DNA from: Dehalococcoidia bacterium UBA6926
Lineage (GTDB): Bacteria > Chloroflexota > Dehalococcoidia > UBA6926
Reading direction: 5' to 3'
DNA length: 64,000 nucleotides
NCBI GenBank assembly: GCA_002450835.1
Contig: DKAM01000030.1
Coordinates: 63,688-127,687, forward strand
Shown here piece after piece: positions 60,002-64,000 of the stretch; position 1 is the stretch's first letter, and the number at the start of each line of letters is the position of its first letter. Both the position numbers and the translations under genes were made by a program. Below the pieces are notes generated by a model. It did not search any database and had not been told where the DNA came from. It saw only the letters and a program-made list of their open reading frames with translations.

Positions 60002-61018
60002 CTACGGGACGAGGACTACTTTACCTACAGCCTCATCATCTTCTACTATCCTTTGGCCTTCTCCTCCATCTTTCGTCGGAAGAACACTATGAATAACAGG
60101 TTTGATATATCCAGCCTGCACAGCATCAAGAGACTCCTGAAGATGGAAAACGGTACCCAGTGTAGAGCCCACAAGCTCGACTTCTCTGAAGAATATATGT
60201 CTGAGGTCTATCTGGCCTTCATACCCACTAGTAGCTCCACTAGTCACCACAATTCCGTTCCAAGAAGCCATCTGAACACTCAAGCCCATTGTGGCCTGAC
60301 CTGGATGCTCGAAAACAATATCAACTCCTCGTCGCCCGACGATATTCCGTACTTCTTTTCTGACGTCTTGAGTATTTCTATTGATTACGTGGTCTGCACC
60401 AATTTGCTTACAAAGTTCCAGTTTTTCGTCTGAAGAAGCTACCGCTATTACGTCTGCTCTAAACATTTTAGCGATTTGAATTGCCATTACTCCCAATCCG
60501 CCAGCTGCACCCCAAACCAATACAGTATCCCCAGGTTTTATACGAGCTTTATGAACGAGCTTGCGCCATGCAGTGACTAAAACCAGTGGCAATGATGCAG
60601 CCCCTTCAAAATCTAAATTGGTAGGCTTAGGTGCCAGATTTTCACTAGGAACGCAGACATACTCTCCATGAGCACCATCAAGAGCAGGCCAATCATATCC
60701 CCATATATTGTACTGTTGACCTTCTCCTTCTTTGTTACCTCGAGCAGGTCGTCCGCAATGAACTACAACTTCGTCACCAATTTTAACATCGGTAACTGCA
60801 TCACCAATTTGGGTGACTATACCTGCAGCATCACTTCCAGAAATATGCGGCAAAGGAACTTCCTGAGGTGCCCCTCTCCTTCCCCAAATATCATTGTAGT
60901 TAACTGCAGACGCTTTTACTTCAACAACTGCGTCGTTAGGACCTGGTTCTGGGTCAGGAACATCTTTCCATTCAAGAACCTCTGGGCCACCATATTTTTC
61001 AAAGACCAAAGCCTTCAT
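60002..61018 (-). CDS. MDR-superfamily NAD(P)H-dependent oxidoreductase (quinone oxidoreductase/enoyl reductase-like, zinc-independent)
   Basis: MKALVFEKYGGPEVLEW, Rossmann GAAGGLG, no catalytic zinc Cys/His. AAGGAGA RBS. Confidence 0.75.
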   Translation of the reverse strand: MKALVFEKYGGPEVLEWKDVPDPEPGPNDAVVEVKASAVNYNDIWGRRGAPQEVPLPHISGSDAAGIVTQIGDAVTDVKIGDEVVVHCGRPARGNKEGEGQQYNIWGYDWPALDGAHGEYVCVPSENLAPKPTNLDFEGAASLPLVLVTAWRKLVHKARIKPGDTVLVWGAAGGLGVMAIQIAKMFRADVIAVASSDEKLELCKQIGADHVINRNTQDVRKEVRNIVGRRGVDIVFEHPGQATMGLSVQMASWNGIVVTSGATSGYEGQIDLRHIFFREVELVGSTLGTVFHLQESLDAVQAGYIKPVIHSVLPTKDGGEGQRIVEDDEAVGKVVLVP

Positions 61019-61174
61019 AGTTTTTCTCCTTAATAAAAGTTAATGATACGACGATATGCGATAAATTTTACCCCATGCATCCATCTAGAAGACTGTAGCA
61101 TAAGCTTTCTATTTGTATCAACCAGTTTTAGATATTTTATTGCAATTTTCAAAGAGGGCGTCGTAAACCGTCGT

Positions 61175-62065
61175 TTACGGCGCTCGATCAGGACGCTTCA
61201 TCTGTGCCTGTGCTATCGCATCTTCCTCAGTATACCCATCGTTCATAAACTGAAAACCTGCGCGCATACCTTCTTCTGCCGTTACACGATTAACATCTTG
61301 AATACCGTGAGGAAGTGCCTCTGGAGATGCAGAGTAGGATGCCCACATGAGATTATCTGCAAATTCTAATGACTGGAACATCCCTTGGGCTTCATAATAA
61401 TGATTTATTGCACGTTTGTTTAACCGCGTCGATGCGGGAGGAAGTTTTGATATCGTGTTCGCTAATTTCCATACTTCTTCATCTAAATCTTCCCTACCGA
61501 CAACTTCACTTACCAGTCCTACTCTCAATGCTTCCTGAGCGTCCATCATATTCCCTGTAAACGCTAACTGCTTTGCTTTTTTCATGCCGACTAGTTCTGG
61601 CCAGATCATATTAGTCGCTATACTAGCATATCTAGCAGGCGGATACCCAAACAACGCATCCTCCGACGCTATTGTTATATCACAATGCAATGCCAGTTGC
61701 CCGCCTCCAGCCAATGTAAAAGAATGAACCTGTGCTATAACTGGTTTGGGATTATTCCACATCCAATCGATAAAAACTGAAGTTCCATCGGGTCGTTCAG
61801 TTATCATAGTGACCGCATCCCTATTTGGAGAACCTTGCGACTGCACATTCATGTCGTAGCCAGCGGAAAACGCTCTCCCTGCGCCTTTAATAACGATACA
61901 GCGAACGTTATCATCTTTCGCACCAGCCTCTAGGGCATCACCCAATTCTACAAGAAGCGCCTTACTTAAAGCATTCAGCCTCTCTGGACGATTTAATGTG
62001 ACATATGCTACGCCCCCACCGGCTCCTTCCCTAACTTCGTAAATAATATTTTCATATTCTGCCAT
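61175..62065 (-). CDS. enoyl-CoA hydratase/isomerase (crotonase) family protein, paralog 1
   Basis: Crotonase core (VIKGAGRAFSAGYDM, FTLAGGGQLALHCDITIA, GYPPARYAS) with a ~40-aa C-terminal extension ending KRPDRAP. Confidence 0.85.
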   Translation of the reverse strand: MAEYENIIYEVREGAGGGVAYVTLNRPERLNALSKALLVELGDALEAGAKDDNVRCIVIKGAGRAFSAGYDMNVQSQGSPNRDAVTMITERPDGTSVFIDWMWNNPKPVIAQVHSFTLAGGGQLALHCDITIASEDALFGYPPARYASIATNMIWPELVGMKKAKQLAFTGNMMDAQEALRVGLVSEVVGREDLDEEVWKLANTISKLPPASTRLNKRAINHYYEAQGMFQSLEFADNLMWASYSASPEALPHGIQDVNRVTAEEGMRAGFQFMNDGYTEEDAIAQAQMKRPDRAP

Positions 62066-62130
62066 CTTAAATAACCCTGCCTTTCACGACTCATTTATTG
62101 ATAGATCCTTGTCTGACTCAAAAACGGTTT

Positions 62131-63021
62131 TTATGGAGCTCGATCGGGTCTTTTCATTTGGCCTCGCGCTATTGCATCTTCGTCCGTATATGCCTCATTC
62201 ATATATTGGAATCCTGCACGCATCCCTTCTTTTTCTGTAACACGGTCGACGTCTTGCATACCATGTGGAAGGGCCTCCGGAGACGCCGAGTAAGACGCAT
62301 ACATCAAGTTTTCAGCAAACTCAAATGACTGGAACATTCCTTGGGCTTCATAATAATGATTTATTGCACGCTTATTCAATCGAGTAGAGGCAGGAGGTAG
62401 TTTTGATATTGTGTTCGCTAGTTTCCAAACCTCTTCATCCAAGTCTTCACGTTTAACAATCTCGCTTATTAGTCCTACTCTCAATGCATCCTGAGCATCC
62501 ATCATATTGCCTGTAAAGGCTAGCTGCTTTGCTTTTTTCATACCCACTAATTCCGGCCAAATCATGTATGTAGCAACGCTTGCATACCTTGCCGGAGGGT
62601 ACCCAAATAACGCATCCTCTGAAGCTATTGTTATATCACAATGGGAAGCTACCTGCCCTCCCCCAGCCAGAGTAAAAGAATGAACCTGCGCTATGACTGG
62701 CTTGGGGTTATTCCAAATCCAACGTTGATACATTTCAGTGGGATCAGGGCGATTATTTATCATTGTAACCGCGTCCCTTGAGAGAGCACCTTGCGACTGC
62801 ACATTCATGTCGTAGCCAGCAGAAAACGCCCTACCCGCGCCTTTAATAACGATACAAAGAACGTTATTATCTTTAGCACTTGCCTCCAATGCGTCCCCTA
62901 ATTCTGACAGAAGCTTCCGGCTCAAAGCATTCAATCTCTCCGGGCGATTCAATGTGATATATGCTATACCCCCGCCAGCTCCTTCTATAACTTCATAAAT
63001 GATGTCCTCATAGTCAGTCAT
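62131..63021 (-). CDS. enoyl-CoA hydratase/isomerase (crotonase) family protein, paralog 2
   Basis: About 85% identical to paralog 1 and about 82% to paralog 3, with the same C-terminal extension. Confidence 0.85.
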   Translation of the reverse strand: MTDYEDIIYEVIEGAGGGIAYITLNRPERLNALSRKLLSELGDALEASAKDNNVLCIVIKGAGRAFSAGYDMNVQSQGALSRDAVTMINNRPDPTEMYQRWIWNNPKPVIAQVHSFTLAGGGQVASHCDITIASEDALFGYPPARYASVATYMIWPELVGMKKAKQLAFTGNMMDAQDALRVGLISEIVKREDLDEEVWKLANTISKLPPASTRLNKRAINHYYEAQGMFQSFEFAENLMYASYSASPEALPHGMQDVDRVTEKEGMRAGFQYMNEAYTDEDAIARGQMKRPDRAP

Positions 63022-63083
63022 CTCAATGTACCCACCTTTTCACAGATACCGTATTTCAGAACCTAAGACCTGATTTGATGAAG

Positions 63084-63974
63084 TTACGGAGCTCTGTCAG
63101 GGCGCTTCATTTGGGCTTGCGCTATTGCATCTTCGTCCGTATATGCCTCATTCATATATTGGAATCCTGCGCGCATTCCCTGTTCTTCAGTAACACGATC
63201 AACATCCTGCAACCCGTGTGGCAGTGCCTCGGGAGATGCAGAGTAGGATGCGTACATCAAATTCTCTGCGAACTCAAATGACTGGAACATCCCTTGAGAT
63301 TCATAATAGTGATTTATTGCACGTTTGTTTAAACGGGTTGATGCCGGAGGAAGTTTTGATATTGTATTTGCTAGGTTCCATACCTGTTCATCTAAATCAC
63401 CTGCAGGAACAACTTCACTCACTAGTCCAAGCCTCAGTGCTTCTTCCGCATTTATCATGTTACCTGTAAACGCCAGCTGCTTTGCTTTTTTCATACCGAC
63501 TAATTCTGGCCAAATCATGTAGGAAGCCACACTCGCATATCTTGCCGGCGGATAACCAAATAAGGCATCGTCTGCGGCAATTGTAATATCACAATGGCAC
63601 GCGAGTTGTCCTCCACCAGCTAAAGTAAATGAATGAACTTGTGCTATAACGGGCTTGGGATTATTCCAAATCGATCGCCTATACATTGCTGTAGGAATAT
63701 TATCAGCGTTGATCATAGTAATAGCATCTCTTGGAAGAGCACCTTGTGACTGTACATTCATATCATAACCAGCTGAAAACGCTCTACCCGCACCTTTAAT
63801 TACAATGCAACGCACATTTTCGTCCTTAGCCGCATTTTCCAAGGCATCACCAACTTCGGCTAATAAATCGCGGCTTAGAGCATTCAGGCGCTCAGGGCGG
63901 TTCAGAATTATATAACCAATTCCTCCGCCAGCTCCCTCTCTAACCTCATATATAATATCTTGATAATCTGCCAT
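63084..63974 (-). CDS. enoyl-CoA hydratase/isomerase (crotonase) family protein, paralog 3
   Basis: Start set at MADYQD (GAGGTGAGGGGGG RBS); the upstream ATG lies inside the RBS. Confidence 0.85.
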   Translation of the reverse strand: MADYQDIIYEVREGAGGGIGYIILNRPERLNALSRDLLAEVGDALENAAKDENVRCIVIKGAGRAFSAGYDMNVQSQGALPRDAITMINADNIPTAMYRRSIWNNPKPVIAQVHSFTLAGGGQLACHCDITIAADDALFGYPPARYASVASYMIWPELVGMKKAKQLAFTGNMINAEEALRLGLVSEVVPAGDLDEQVWNLANTISKLPPASTRLNKRAINHYYESQGMFQSFEFAENLMYASYSASPEALPHGLQDVDRVTEEQGMRAGFQYMNEAYTDEDAIAQAQMKRPDRAP

Positions 63975-64000
63975 TTCTTTTACCCCCCTCACCTCATATA

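Larger units (their letters stand above)
61175..63992. repeat. tandem triplication of a ~950-bp gene unit (three crotonase paralogs head-to-tail), with conserved flanks at the gene ends
   Basis: Direct nucleotide comparison shows long near-identical stretches. One example, ggagctcgatcgggtcttttcatttggcctcgcgctattgcatcttcgtccgtatatgcctcattcatatattggaatcctgc, recurs in copies 2 and 3. Confidence 0.8.

Overview
This 64-kb window looks like the chromosomal backbone of a low-GC bacterium. The gene order (tRNA-Thr, tuf, rpmG, secE, nusG, rplKAJL; rpsA, clpC, radA; a Ni-superoxide dismutase) resembles Gram-positive, Actinobacteriota or Chloroflexota genomes. I cannot assign taxonomy from sequence alone. 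No CRISPR array, rRNA or clear mobile element is present.

Most of the window is housekeeping:
- DNA repair, recombination and topology: recN, radA, dprA, rmuC, a XerC/D-family recombinase, topA, rnhB, nfo, dut.
- Ribosome and translation: the str/rif-type cluster above, rpsA, efp, aspS, mnmA, tsaB/tsaE, rsfS.
- Proteostasis: tig, clpP, clpX, clpC.
- Other: ndk, aroQ, folB, several MFS/EamA/AI-2E/CNNM transporters, and five tRNAs (Ser-CGA, Ser-GGA, Thr-GGU, Thr-UGU, Arg-UCU).

Features that stand out:
1. A Bcp/PrxQ-type peroxiredoxin whose reading frame is interrupted by a single in-frame TGA exactly where the peroxidatic cysteine belongs. This is a candidate selenoprotein, and it sits next to a sodN/sodX pair (nickel superoxide dismutase plus its maturation peptidase).
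2. A tightly packed five-gene minus-strand operon (2769..7518): a GTP cyclohydrolase II fused to a RibD-type reductase, an MDR dehydrogenase, a PTPS/QueD-like enzyme, a GT4 glycosyltransferase and a SAM methyltransferase. Together they suggest an undescribed pterin- or ribityl-pyrimidine-derived metabolite pathway.
3. Three tandem enoyl-CoA hydratase paralogs (about 82-85% identical, diverging mainly in one loop), alongside an MDR reductase, a geranylgeranyl-reductase-like flavoenzyme and a family III CoA transferase.
4. An MFS transporter whose first transmembrane helix is encoded upstream of any canonical start codon. This is either AUU initiation or a frameshift.
5. A collagen-like GXY-repeat lipoprotein.
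6. A strong promoter with a long leader and a 13-nt direct repeat in front of a CorC/CNNM metal transporter.
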